The notes under the pieces were generated by a model. That model worked only from the letters and a program-made list of their open reading frames with translations. It ran no database searches and was not told the origin of the DNA. 64,000 nt of DNA from Candidatus Campbellbacteria bacterium (GTDB lineage Bacteria; Patescibacteriota; Minisyncoccia; Phycocordibacterales; EsbW-18), in the NCBI GenBank assembly GCA_024653945.1, contig JANLIT010000001.1:20641-84640 (forward strand). Direction: 5' to 3'. The position numbers were made by a program, and so were the translations under genes. Positions within the stretch are counted from its first letter, which is position 1. Every line of letters starts with the position of its first letter. Positions 11,402-21,313 of the stretch are shown here, in pieces.

Positions 11402-11436
11402 GTAGAGACCGGACCCTTAGGAGGTCCGGTCTCTAC
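11402..11436. repeat. GTAG-initiated REP-like palindrome
   Basis: gtagagaccggacc-cttagga-ggtccggtctctac. Confidence 0.6.
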
Positions 11437-11465
11437 AACCTCTTCCGAGGGTTACACCTCCAAAA

Positions 11466-13796
11466 CTATGGGGTCGATTCTGGAGCTGGATTAGGTGTGG
11501 GTTCAACAACTGGTTCGAGTATGGGTTCCGGAGCTTGCCCTTCAATAATTGGTTCACCTGCCTGCGCAGGCAGGTCTATAGCTGGTGGCTCCACAACTGG
11601 AGAAATTTCAGATGTGGAGGTTGGAGCTTCCAACGAAGGTTCAACTTCTGTGGCTGGTGGGGTTTCAACAACCGGTGGAGGCGTTGAAGAAACGTTCACA
11701 CTATCAAGAATCTCTTGAAGTTGTGACTCGTTTACACATGTTGTTCCAACGCACAGTTTATTTGTCGTGAGTTCATCCGTCGTCAACTTTTGGGCAACAA
11801 TATCAAAGAAGTTAGACACACCCGTCGCAGCGTTGGCGAGAGTTAGTTCAACTTTTATCGAGAGATCTTGAACCGTCTTAATCAAAAGTGGAATAATACT
11901 CGTGTAACGAACACTGTTCGGTCGTCCTTGGTCATCATACCCAATAAGACGACTGTCTACTTTTTCCACCTCTTCAGCAATTAATCCGTACCGCAATCCT
12001 GGAATTTGATTGTATTCAAACGACACGGGGCGAAGTGCAGAAAGCACCTGCTGAGATTCTTCCAACGAGAGTTCATTGATGTCGTGTTTGTAACGCAGTG
12101 ATGAGGTGATACATGTTTCGTTGTCGGTGTTGCGTGTCACTTCATTGTTTGCGTCAAGACACAACGATGCTGTGGCCGCACCAGTATTTGTGGTCAACCC
12201 AGCAAATCCAACAGTGCCAGTAACCGAGAGTGTCCGCCATGGAGATGTGGTGCCAACACCAACGTTACCTGCAAAATAGCTCTTTCCACCAGCTGAATAA
12301 ATTGAATAATTATTTGTCGACCCACTCGTTATCGATTCCAGATACAAACCATACGCATCTGTTATTGATCCTCCTAATACTCTTACTTTACCATAGTATC
12401 CATACGCGCTTCCAATCACTCCACTGGCGGCAGTAACCACATCAGAATATGTGCCGAAAGCGGAAGTAATGGATGCCCCCGACCCAACTGACGAAACTTG
12501 ATTGTATGCTCCATACGCCTGAAGTGTCGTACCCGATATCTGTGCAGTTCCCTCAGTTCCTGTTACATTATCTGTTGTTTGACCACTATCTACAATTCCC
12601 GCACCCTGTACACCAAGCACTGCTCCATGAGAAAACGCTCCAGAACTCCTCGTCGCACTACCGCGAATTCCAATCAAACTGTTTTCACTGTTTCCATTAC
12701 CCGCGAGTGAAAAGAAACCGCCGTATATTCCCCCACTTGTCGTATCGAGACCTGTCGCATTTACATACACATATTTTTTACTATCAATTGCAGTCCCTGC
12801 GGCGCTTATTGAACCAGAAACAAGTACACTTCCTCCTACAACGAGTTTTTGAGAAGGACTTGTTGTACTAATGCCAACATTTCCATTTTGCAATACCGTT
12901 AAACCAGATGATCCCGCAACAGAAAGTCCTCCAGAAAAAGTACTTGTCGCCGTTGTAGATGTGGCGTTAATAAAAAGCGTTTGCACATACTTACTTCCAT
13001 CTGGATAAATGTACGTGCCTGTATCAAGCCATTCTGATATTCCACCAATACCGAGTGTTGATGTTGCCACCCAATCCGTACCCGTTTCAGTGGATTGTAG
13101 TACATATCCGCTTGTCCCCACATCACCCGAACTATCAGCAAACGTACCCGCCACAGAAAGAGTATCTGAAAGTGTAAGTGTTGTTCCTGTGAGTCCGCCG
13201 GTGAGAGTGCCTCCAGAGAGCTCGAGAAAATTGTCGGGGAAATTGGTAATAGGCGAACGTGACGCACTCTTAATTTTTGGCAAAAGTTCTGCGCGAAGTG
13301 CGGCAACTGCGTTGGCAACAACATAAAACACTTCAGTTTGTTGTACTTTTTTATCTACAGCGGATGGCGCCTGAATAGTAAAATGAGGAGGAGGTACTTC
13401 TTGGATAACTGCCTCTGAAAGCACTGACCCTTGGGTGGAAATTGGCGTAAAAAAAGATTTTGCAACAGGTACAATCTGCTGTGTAGGTTCATTTTTTTGT
13501 ACAGAAATGACGGGTGGTTTTTCAGAAACACCGGTGGCACCGAACCACGAACGTATTTTTGCCTGTATGCGCTGAAAAAAAGTTGGAGCGGTGGTAAAAG
13601 TTTGAGGTACTTCGGTCGATATGGTTATTTTTTGGGAGATTGAGGTATCAGACGCTATAGCAAATGTTCCGAGGCTGTGGGTATATTTTTGTGCACCAAC
13701 ATTTAAAACAGTGTCATAACTACTATCCCCTGCAAAAACAAAAATGGGTACAACAAGTATGAGGGTAAGAAAAACGTTCTTCATGTAATATTTCAT
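11466..13796 (-). CDS. secreted tail-fibre-like protein with Peptidase_S74 intramolecular chaperone domain
   Basis: GNVGIxTTSP repeats; SSLRYKHDI..LRPVSFEYN..GLIAEEV; C-terminal LCVGTTCVNESQL and Pro-Glu-rich tail. Confidence 0.85.
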   Translation of the reverse strand: MKYYMKNVFLTLILVVPIFVFAGDSSYDTVLNVGAQKYTHSLGTFAIASDTSISQKITISTEVPQTFTTAPTFFQRIQAKIRSWFGATGVSEKPPVISVQKNEPTQQIVPVAKSFFTPISTQGSVLSEAVIQEVPPPHFTIQAPSAVDKKVQQTEVFYVVANAVAALRAELLPKIKSASRSPITNFPDNFLELSGGTLTGGLTGTTLTLSDTLSVAGTFADSSGDVGTSGYVLQSTETGTDWVATSTLGIGGISEWLDTGTYIYPDGSKYVQTLFINATSTTATSTFSGGLSVAGSSGLTVLQNGNVGISTTSPSQKLVVGGSVLVSGSISAAGTAIDSKKYVYVNATGLDTTSGGIYGGFFSLAGNGNSENSLIGIRGSATRSSGAFSHGAVLGVQGAGIVDSGQTTDNVTGTEGTAQISGTTLQAYGAYNQVSSVGSGASITSAFGTYSDVVTAASGVIGSAYGYYGKVRVLGGSITDAYGLYLESITSGSTNNYSIYSAGGKSYFAGNVGVGTTSPWRTLSVTGTVGFAGLTTNTGAATASLCLDANNEVTRNTDNETCITSSLRYKHDINELSLEESQQVLSALRPVSFEYNQIPGLRYGLIAEEVEKVDSRLIGYDDQGRPNSVRYTSIIPLLIKTVQDLSIKVELTLANAATGVSNFFDIVAQKLTTDELTTNKLCVGTTCVNESQLQEILDSVNVSSTPPPVVETPPATEVEPSLEAPTSTSEISPVVEPPAIDLPAQAGEPIIEGQAPEPILEPVVEPTPNPAPESTP

Positions 13797-14009
13797 CGGA
13801 TCAATAATCTATACGACCAAGATACCACGTTACACTTCAATGGTAAAATAGCCTGCACAAAAAAGGAGATTTTGTTGGTATCATTTACAATTGATTGAAT
13901 GTGCTCTTGTCTGAGAAAATGATTCGTCCAACTCACACCCTGACCTGAGGACCCAATCCCCAAGAGCTTCAAATTGCATCGTAAAGATAACGTTGTACAC
14001 TATGTGGGT

Positions 14010-14261
14010 ATGTTGAGTACATCATCTTCAGATTTTTTTAGCAAAACGTCATCCGTTCTTCCCGACACACTCTCCCCCACTGCGTTGTGGATATTTGTTG
14101 CGATTGCAGTTGTTGTTTGGGCACTATGTGCTGGTATTTTGTGGTATCACTGGAACGCATATGACGCAAAAAGTAAGCGCCTAAAACGTATTAAGCGAAT
14201 TTTCTTTACTGGCTCCGTTGTGATTTTACTCCTTGCGGTCACTTTTATTTTCTCCCTATGA
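14010..14261 (+). CDS. small 2-TM membrane protein
   Basis: Two hydrophobic helices with YHWxxY; stop overlaps the next start. Confidence 0.7.
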   Translation: MLSTSSSDFFSKTSSVLPDTLSPTALWIFVAIAVVVWALCAGILWYHWNAYDAKSKRLKRIKRIFFTGSVVILLLAVTFIFSL

Positions 14262-14821
14262 GCATTGAGCACCTTGTACAACTAGAGAATGACGAGCGTG
14301 TGTTGCTTGAGGTGCGACGACACATGTTTATACTCTATACAAAAATGGCGTTCTTGCTCATTTTATTTTTTATTCCACTTGGTCTTTCTCCCCTCCTCGC
14401 AACCCTTATAGATAAAGTGACGGGAGGTATGTATGGGAGTATTCTGATAGGTTTTCTTTTTATGTTGTGGTGTCTTTTTTTGTGGGTTCTCTTTTTCTTT
14501 TACTGGACCAACTATTATCTTGATGTGTGGGTTGTTACCAACAAACGTATTTTTGATATTGAACAAAAGTCAATTTTTCGTCGTGAAATTTCTGTTACTC
14601 GACTAGAGCAAGTGCAAGACGTAACGATTTCCATCAACGGCATTTTTGCAACATTTATGAAATTCGGAGATATCCACATCCACACCGCCGGAAGTGAAAT
14701 TGACTTCACTATAAAAAACGCAGCCGACCCACTTATGGTAAAAGAAACAATCATGAGAGCCCATGGTGAGACCTACCAACCCCTCCAAACGCAAGGTCTC
14801 CAGCAAACCCACACGGAATAG
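14258..14821 (+). CDS. membrane protein with bacterial PH domain
   Basis: YYLDVWVVTNKRIFDIEQ...QDVT...FGDIHIHTAG. Confidence 0.85.
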   Translation: MSIEHLVQLENDERVLLEVRRHMFILYTKMAFLLILFFIPLGLSPLLATLIDKVTGGMYGSILIGFLFMLWCLFLWVLFFFYWTNYYLDVWVVTNKRIFDIEQKSIFRREISVTRLEQVQDVTISINGIFATFMKFGDIHIHTAGSEIDFTIKNAADPLMVKETIMRAHGETYQPLQTQGLQQTHTE

Positions 14822-14847
14822 AAAATAAAACCCCGATTATCGGGTTT

Positions 14848-17148
14848 TTATTTTGCCACGTGTACTGCCTCATCAAATGAAACAGAGAGCAGTTGGGAGA
14901 TAGCGTCTGCTCCCATCGTAATTCCGTAGAGAACTCCAGCTCGGGACATGGTCTCGCGATTGTGTGTAATCAAAATAAGTTGTGTTTTCTTTGAAAGATT
15001 TTCAATCATATCGCCGTAGCGTTTTGAGTTTGCTTCATCCAGTGCAGCGTCTGTTTCGTCTAAAATAATGAATGGTGGAGGATTCACCTGCGACATTGCA
15101 AAGATAAGTGCAATTGACGTCAGCGCACGTTCGCCACCTGAAAGCATTTCAAGACCGTGAATTTTTTTGCGCGGAAGCGCAACATGGATTTCAACACCTT
15201 CAAACACTTTTTCTTCACCCTCTGCCCCATCTTCAGTACCATCATCATCTTCAATATCTTCAATATCTGTGTCTCGTTTTATTTTGCGAACTTCGCGCAC
15301 TATTTCAAGAGATGCATTTCCACCATTAAACATGAGCGAGAAGAATTCGGAGAACTGCACATTTATTTTCTTTACACCTTCGGCAAATTCACGCGCGAGC
15401 GTTTCTTCAAGATCGGTGATGAGCGCGTGCAAGGACTCTGCTGATTGTTCCAAATCGGCAACTTCTTTTTCTAAAAACGCATCACGTTGTGAGACCTCTT
15501 CAAATTCTTTCATAATATCGTCTCCGCCACCGCTTCCCGCATCCTCAAGACGAACTTTCGTTCGCTCAATTTGTCGCTTGCGTTCGTGCTGTTCAGAACG
15601 TTCTTCAACAACACCACTCTCGGCAAGTGCACGAGATAGATCATCAAACCGAACTGCCTCAACGCCTACCAGTGCCCCTGCTTCAAGTAATTCCCGTTTG
15701 TATTCTTCTTCTTCAAGTTTGAGTGTGCTTTTTTCGCTCGTCAGTACCTGGATATGCATGCGAACTTCTTGTTGTTCGTTTGAGAGTGTGAAAATGCGTC
15801 GTTCCATTTCGCGTCCTGAGTGTATGTCAGATTCAATGGTGTGTTGGATTTTTTTGTATTCCTCCGCGTACTTTTTCTCTTCAGCATCTAGCGTGGCAAT
15901 TTCTCCTTCTCGTTTCTTTTTGTCATGTTCAAGTGAGGAAATATTTTCTCGCACCTCGGCGATATCATTGTCACGAGCCGTTTCACCACGCACCGTGTTC
16001 ATAAACTCAGACACGAGCGTCTTGATAGCACTGAGTGCGGCCTTAAACTCTGCTGGATCACCTTGAGACAATGCGCTGTCTATCAAACGTCCGAGAGAGG
16101 TCGTCATTGATGAGACGGACGTAAACGGGACGGTCTTGTGCGCTTCTTCGGTTTGTTTGCGTTCTTCTTTTGCAAGGAGTGTTCGCAGAGCGGAAATTTC
16201 TCCTTCAATGCGTCCAACCTCTCGAACGGCCAAATCTTTCTTCTCACGAATGCTTCTCATTTTTTCTTCCGAGGAAAGGAGTGCGTCTGATGTTACGTCT
16301 TTTTGAGAGAGTTTCTGTAATTCTTCTCGGGCGTGTGTGATATCTTTTTGCAGTTCAAGCATTCGTTTCTCCAACGGGTCCAGCTCGTACGTAATACGTT
16401 TGAGTGTCGCATCAAGGTACGCTTTTTCACGGGCGAAATAATCTCGGTACGCCTGTTTCAAATCAAGTGCCAGTTCGCGCGCCTTTTCAACTTTCGCGAC
16501 TTGTTTATGTAAAAATGCGAGGTGTGGTTTGAGTTCACGGCGAATACTTTCCACTTTGTCTAAATTCTCTTGTGTTTTTTCCAACTTACGCTCACTCTCA
16601 TCTTTTTTGTAGTGATAGATTTTCAATCCCAACGCGTCTTCAATCATTGCTTTGCGCTCACGCGTGTTCACCGACAAAATTCTGTCCGCTTCTCCTTGAG
16701 AAATAATGTGGTGACCAGATGCGCCGATGTGTGCGCCAGAGAGCAGTTCAATCGTGTCTTTCAATCGCACCACTGAATCATTGAGACGATACTCGCTCGT
16801 TGCGTCACGATGAATGACTCGCTCAAGGACTACTTCATCAAAATCAATGGCAAACAAACGTCCCGATTCGGAGACATTGCCACGAGCCGTATTATCAAAA
16901 GTAAGCTTGACATGAGCGCGGTTGCTTCGCGGGGAGGTTTTTGAACCATTCCAAATGAGGTCCTCAGTGCGCTTACCGCGCATTGATTTGATTGACTGCT
17001 CACCAAGAACAAACCGAAACGACTCGGCAATATTTGATTTACCAGAGCCGTTCGGGCCGACAATGGCCGTAATGGGTGTTTTAAATTCAAGCGACGCTTT
17101 TTTGGCGAACGATTTGAATCCGGAAAGTTCTAGAGATTTGAGGTACAT
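14848..17148 (-). CDS. smc: short SMC-family chromosome segregation ATPase
   Basis: GFKSF, GPNGSGKSN, ISQG, LSGGE, ILDETDAALD; coiled-coil middle. Confidence 0.9.
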   Translation of the reverse strand: MYLKSLELSGFKSFAKKASLEFKTPITAIVGPNGSGKSNIAESFRFVLGEQSIKSMRGKRTEDLIWNGSKTSPRSNRAHVKLTFDNTARGNVSESGRLFAIDFDEVVLERVIHRDATSEYRLNDSVVRLKDTIELLSGAHIGASGHHIISQGEADRILSVNTRERKAMIEDALGLKIYHYKKDESERKLEKTQENLDKVESIRRELKPHLAFLHKQVAKVEKARELALDLKQAYRDYFAREKAYLDATLKRITYELDPLEKRMLELQKDITHAREELQKLSQKDVTSDALLSSEEKMRSIREKKDLAVREVGRIEGEISALRTLLAKEERKQTEEAHKTVPFTSVSSMTTSLGRLIDSALSQGDPAEFKAALSAIKTLVSEFMNTVRGETARDNDIAEVRENISSLEHDKKKREGEIATLDAEEKKYAEEYKKIQHTIESDIHSGREMERRIFTLSNEQQEVRMHIQVLTSEKSTLKLEEEEYKRELLEAGALVGVEAVRFDDLSRALAESGVVEERSEQHERKRQIERTKVRLEDAGSGGGDDIMKEFEEVSQRDAFLEKEVADLEQSAESLHALITDLEETLAREFAEGVKKINVQFSEFFSLMFNGGNASLEIVREVRKIKRDTDIEDIEDDDGTEDGAEGEEKVFEGVEIHVALPRKKIHGLEMLSGGERALTSIALIFAMSQVNPPPFIILDETDAALDEANSKRYGDMIENLSKKTQLILITHNRETMSRAGVLYGITMGADAISQLLSVSFDEAVHVAK

Positions 17149-17243
17149 GATGTCATCTTCATAAAAATTCTTACTGCTCTAGTATGACAAAAAAACGGAC
17201 AAATAGAAACTGCCGGAGCGCGCAAACGCTCCGGCAGGAAAAC

Positions 17244-17750
17244 TTACGGCCGTGACCTGTTGCCCAACAGAGAGAGATCCCAAGGATGAATCTTGTCTCC
17301 ATGTTTTGTGCACCCCCAGCACGGTGACCCCACACGTGACAATCCCCTGAGCTCCGCTAGGACAACACCTTGCCGCACAAGATTAAGAACTTTGATGCTC
17401 CAACCCGAGGGAACAAACACATCAAGAAGAGATGCTGATTGGTGGTAGATGGTGTCAATGTCCAGAATCCTTCGCTTGTAGTCAATGCCTTCACGGATTT
17501 CCATTCGACCCCAACATCCACTCGGGTCTTCGGAAGCAGGGAGAAATCGCCTCAGGAGATCCTTTTGGGAGATGGGAGAGAGCTGCTGATCTTTCCTGGT
17601 CTCGTTGACCCCCTGAAGAAGGTCCTTGAGCTTGTTCCAACCCCATGTGGAGTCTGCAAAATTGAAAATTGCAGGGGCTACCAACTTCGGCTCCTCTATC
17701 ACGGTCTTTCTCCTTTGTCGCCTTTTGGCGGCGGTTGTTGTGGAGAACAA
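17244..17750 (-). CDS. orphan hypothetical protein (start uncertain)
   Basis: 168-codon ORF between promoter TTGACA-N17-TATTAT (~17781-17809) and terminator ctgccggagcg..cgctccggcag (17210-17237). Confidence 0.5.
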   Translation of the reverse strand: MFSTTTAAKRRQRRKTVIEEPKLVAPAIFNFADSTWGWNKLKDLLQGVNETRKDQQLSPISQKDLLRRFLPASEDPSGCWGRMEIREGIDYKRRILDIDTIYHQSASLLDVFVPSGWSIKVLNLVRQGVVLAELRGLSRVGSPCWGCTKHGDKIHPWDLSLLGNRSRP

Positions 17751-17822
17751 ACTGGTCGCAATAACCAGTTTTCCGTGTATATAATAAAACAGTGAAATAG
17801 AAATGTCAACTTACTACTATCC

Positions 17823-18518
17823 CTACCGTGCCCATCCTTTTGCGGTGAGAGCATTCACTGCAGCTTCCTGTTCAGCTTCTTGTTTTGATTTACCATCACC
17901 TTCTGCAATTTTGACACCTTTAAGAAACACACCGACAGTAAATTGTTTATCGTGGTCAGGACCTTCTTCTTGCATCGTTTCATACGATGGCGTCACACCT
18001 GTTTTATCTTGTGCCAACTCCTGAAAACGACTCTTCGCATCTCGCCACAAATGTTTACCCACAATATCGTCCGTCAAAGGAAGGAGGGAGCGTTCCACAA
18101 ATTGTTGAGCGGCGGCATACCCACCATCAAGAAAAAGAGCACCCACAAGCGCTTCAAACGCATTTGCAAGAATATACTGTCGCGCACGTCCAATATCTTT
18201 TGATTCACCTTTGGAAAGAAGTAAAAACTCATTCACACCCAATTCCATTGCAACCGTTGCAAGCGTTGAGGTGTTTACCAATCCTGCACGATATGATGTT
18301 AAATCCCCTTCTGTTTTTTTTGGATATTTTGCAAACAAAAATTCAGTACTTATAAGTTCCAGTACCGCATCGCCTAAAAACTCTAAGCGTTCATTGTGTT
18401 GTCCTGTATGTGCATGCGATTCGTTGATGTATGAACGGTGTGTCAGCGCAGTTAACAATATTTTGTCATCGGTAAATGTGTGACCAAGTTTTTCTTCTAG
18501 AGGTTTCAGGTTTTTCAT
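17823..18518 (-). CDS. rnc: ribonuclease III
   Basis: HNERLEFLGDAVL; dsRBD with GKSKQEAEQEAA. Confidence 0.97.
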   Translation of the reverse strand: MKNLKPLEEKLGHTFTDDKILLTALTHRSYINESHAHTGQHNERLEFLGDAVLELISTEFLFAKYPKKTEGDLTSYRAGLVNTSTLATVAMELGVNEFLLLSKGESKDIGRARQYILANAFEALVGALFLDGGYAAAQQFVERSLLPLTDDIVGKHLWRDAKSRFQELAQDKTGVTPSYETMQEEGPDHDKQFTVGVFLKGVKIAEGDGKSKQEAEQEAAVNALTAKGWAR

Positions 18519-18673
18519 AAAAAGTGGAAGTTGGAAGTTAGAGGTGGGAAGTTGGTGATTAGTTTTGGTGATTCGCATTTTGTTACATGCTTCATGCTAT
18601 ATGTTTTCTGTTACATGCTTCATGCTATATGTTTTCTGTTACATGCTACACGTTACATGCTACATGCTACATA

Positions 18674-19564
18674 CTACTTTTGTGATATGAGTGTAATTGC
18701 TTTCGTGATAAGTGGCAAAATATCATCGTAAATATTGAGATTGAGAATTTCTGAAATACGAAACCATCGTCCATCATCAAGTCCACCAGATGTGCCGAGT
18801 GTTATTTCATGGAATGGTGCTTCGGCTAAAAAGTACATCACTCGCTTGCGTACTTTTCCTCGTTCAGGATGTGATGCAACATATTCATTTGAACCAAGTT
18901 CATCTTGAATCGTGACCGGAAGACCGAGCTCCTCTTGAATTTCACGCGCGGTTCCCGCTTTCACATCCTCATTTTTTTCAATCTTTCCTTTTGAAAGTGT
19001 CCAGTGCCCGAACACGTCATGCACAAAGGCGACGTAAATATCCTTTTCGTGCTTTGCGTAGACCACGGCACCACCGAGCATCTCCAATGGTAATTCATCG
19101 TACGGAACGTCTTTCTTTTTCTTTGACTGTTCGTCTTTGCCTGGCTCGCCCATTTCTTTATATACAGAACCAAGCACGCCGTTCACAAAACGACTCGACG
19201 TGTCTCCACCAAATGTTTTGGCAAGTTCAATAGCTTCGTTGATGGCAACTTTTGCAGGAACATGCGCACGGTCACCAAACAATAATTCGTACAGCCCGAG
19301 GCGCAGAACACTTCGGTCAACAAGAGAAATTTTATCTATGGGCCACTCGGGAGCTGCTTTTTGGATAATAGTATCAAGGTCGGTTTGTCGTTCAATAACA
19401 CCATGCATCAGTGCGCGCATAAAATCACGCTCGCCAATACCAGGCGCATATTCCTCAATAGTATTTTGGAGAATCGAATCAACCTCTTTCAGATTAACAG
19501 TAGAAAAATCTATCTGAAAAAGAGTTTGAAGAACAACTGATCGTGCGAGATGTCGATTACTCAT
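18674..19564 (-). CDS. nusB: NusB antitermination factor fused to a NUDIX domain
   Basis: VAINEAIELAKTFG..SSRFVNGVLG, then GKIEKNE..AREIQEELG. Confidence 0.92.
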   Translation of the reverse strand: MSNRHLARSVVLQTLFQIDFSTVNLKEVDSILQNTIEEYAPGIGERDFMRALMHGVIERQTDLDTIIQKAAPEWPIDKISLVDRSVLRLGLYELLFGDRAHVPAKVAINEAIELAKTFGGDTSSRFVNGVLGSVYKEMGEPGKDEQSKKKKDVPYDELPLEMLGGAVVYAKHEKDIYVAFVHDVFGHWTLSKGKIEKNEDVKAGTAREIQEELGLPVTIQDELGSNEYVASHPERGKVRKRVMYFLAEAPFHEITLGTSGGLDDGRWFRISEILNLNIYDDILPLITKAITLISQK

Positions 19565-19610
19565 GTGGTGTGCAACGCTTTTTCAAACGCTGACGATTTT
19601 TTCGATGAAA

Positions 19611-19895
19611 CTATTTTACTGTTTTCTTAGTCTCCTCTTTGTCTGCTTTTGGTGTTTTGGCTACAGCTTCTCCACGTGCTCGAATTTTTACTTGTTTGCG
19701 ACGAAGGGAGCGTTCTTGCTTGCCCTTTGCGTCAAGGACTGTCCGCCCTCGGTAGATACCACACACAGAACACGCTTGGTGTCGGATATGTTTTGAGCCA
19801 CAAGATGAACACGTTGAAAGACGTGGCTCTGTGAGCGCGTGGTGGGAACGTCGGCTTCCCGTCTGTCCTACTGTATGTCGCATTCGAACGGTCAT
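19611..19895 (-). CDS. rpmF: 50S ribosomal protein L32
   Basis: RRSHHAL..CSSCG..HQACSVCGIYRGR. Confidence 0.93.
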   Translation of the reverse strand: MTVRMRHTVGQTGSRRSHHALTEPRLSTCSSCGSKHIRHQACSVCGIYRGRTVLDAKGKQERSLRRKQVKIRARGEAVAKTPKADKEETKKTVK

Positions 19896-19991
19896 ATGAA
19901 AAATACTATAGCACGTCAGATAATTTCATGCAAAAAGAAAAAGCCCGGTGCGGTTTGAACGCACGCGGGCTTCGGCGAAGGACTGTTCGGG

Positions 19992-20468
19992 TCAGATGAG
20001 ACCCTCGTTCTGGGCGAGGTAGTAGAAAGCCGGAAGCTTGTTCACCCCCCATGCGATGACCTTCTTGAGTGCCTCCCGATGAGAGTAGACCACCATCTCC
20101 CTACTGAGAAGAGAGTGGTCGATCTTGGTCCAGACAGGAGGTGGGAGTGTGTCTCCGTTGTCCTGCTTGACCTCGGTTCGAATATCTCCCTTCCACTTCG
20201 TGGCACCCCAGAAATCTCTGAGGGACAAGGGATTGTTGGGGTCTTCACAGCTGACCACTCGCTCTGCATTGAGCGGGGTAATGCCCAGCTCTTCGAGGGA
20301 TTCACGGCTCACAGCGGAACTCGGAGTTCCGTCGGTATCTTCCTCCATGCCACCCGGGATTTTGGCCTGCGTCCGCCGACCAAATGGAGGAAGAAGAAGA
20401 ACAAACGGTTCCCCGTTTTCCTCCTTGATGTACGCGATTCCGCAGAACCGAACTGTTTTTCCGCTCAT
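19992..20468 (-). CDS. NUDIX hydrolase (stand-alone cassette)
   Basis: PGGMEE..AVSRESLEELG; SD AAGGAGG; promoter TTGACA-N16-TATAAT at 20525-20552. Confidence 0.8.
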   Translation of the reverse strand: MSGKTVRFCGIAYIKEENGEPFVLLLPPFGRRTQAKIPGGMEEDTDGTPSSAVSRESLEELGITPLNAERVVSCEDPNNPLSLRDFWGATKWKGDIRTEVKQDNGDTLPPPVWTKIDHSLLSREMVVYSHREALKKVIAWGVNKLPAFYYLAQNEGLI

Positions 20469-20571
20469 GGCGGCCTCCTTAGAAAAAAGAAGACGCCTGA
20501 TTAATTCAGGATTCGTCCGAATATATTATATGCTATTTAATATATTTGTCAATACATCGTAAGGTTCGACC

Positions 20572-21189
20572 TTACGGGCGAGTGTTTTCCGTAAGGTCGA
20601 ACCTTGAGGACACGAACCTCCTGCAAAACGTCTTTCGGTGTATGGGCGAAAGTCCCCTTTTAAGCAGTACCTGTATGTGTTTTTTGGTGCCATAGCCTTT
20701 GTGAACTTCAAATCCGTACTCCGGATACTTTTGGGCAAGTTCCACCATGTATTTATCACGTGTTACCTTCGCCACAATTGAAGCAAGTGCAATTGCAAGT
20801 TCTTTCTCATCCCCTTTGATGATAGTTTTTTGATGTATGAACTCTTGTGGTGCTTTTAATCCCCCATCAAGAAGAATCTGTGTGTCCTTGGGCATGTTCA
20901 CCGATTTCAGAGCGTCAAAAATTCCCTGAGCAATGGCGTGGGTAATTCCCTTTAAGTCTATTGTCCGCTCGCTTACCAATTGTGATGTATACGAGAGTGC
21001 GCCTTCTTTTTGTAAGCGCACAATTTCAGAAAACCATACTTCTCGTTTTTTAGGAGAGAGTTTTTTGGAATCGCGCACAATCGGAAATGCTTCTTGAACA
21101 TCAAGAGAGTGAATTGCGACACACGCCACAGACACTGGCCCCGCCAACGGCCCCCTTCCCGCCTCATCAATTCCAATAACAGTTTGCAT
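20572..21189 (-). CDS. rnhB: ribonuclease HII
   Basis: GIDEAGRGPLAGP, DSKKL, ASIVAKVTRD, HKGYGT. Confidence 0.97.
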   Translation of the reverse strand: MQTVIGIDEAGRGPLAGPVSVACVAIHSLDVQEAFPIVRDSKKLSPKKREVWFSEIVRLQKEGALSYTSQLVSERTIDLKGITHAIAQGIFDALKSVNMPKDTQILLDGGLKAPQEFIHQKTIIKGDEKELAIALASIVAKVTRDKYMVELAQKYPEYGFEVHKGYGTKKHIQVLLKRGLSPIHRKTFCRRFVSSRFDLTENTRP

Positions 21190-21313
21190 CTCGAAATTGT
21201 ACCACTCTCTAAGTCTCAAGACGTTGCCTTGAGGAGATTTTGACATTTGTCATTTGGATTTTGAAATCTCTCTCCACAGGAAACTTTTCTGAATGGGCGT
21301 GTACAATAGGAAT

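Noticed and set aside
11466-13796. Prophage tail gene
   Set aside because: It has a signal peptide, and no capsid, terminase or integrase genes are nearby.
15167-16066. Long antisense ORFs (also 46641-47492, 50456-51175, 6015-6677)
   Set aside because: Shadows of well-supported genes on the opposite strand, with low-complexity translations.
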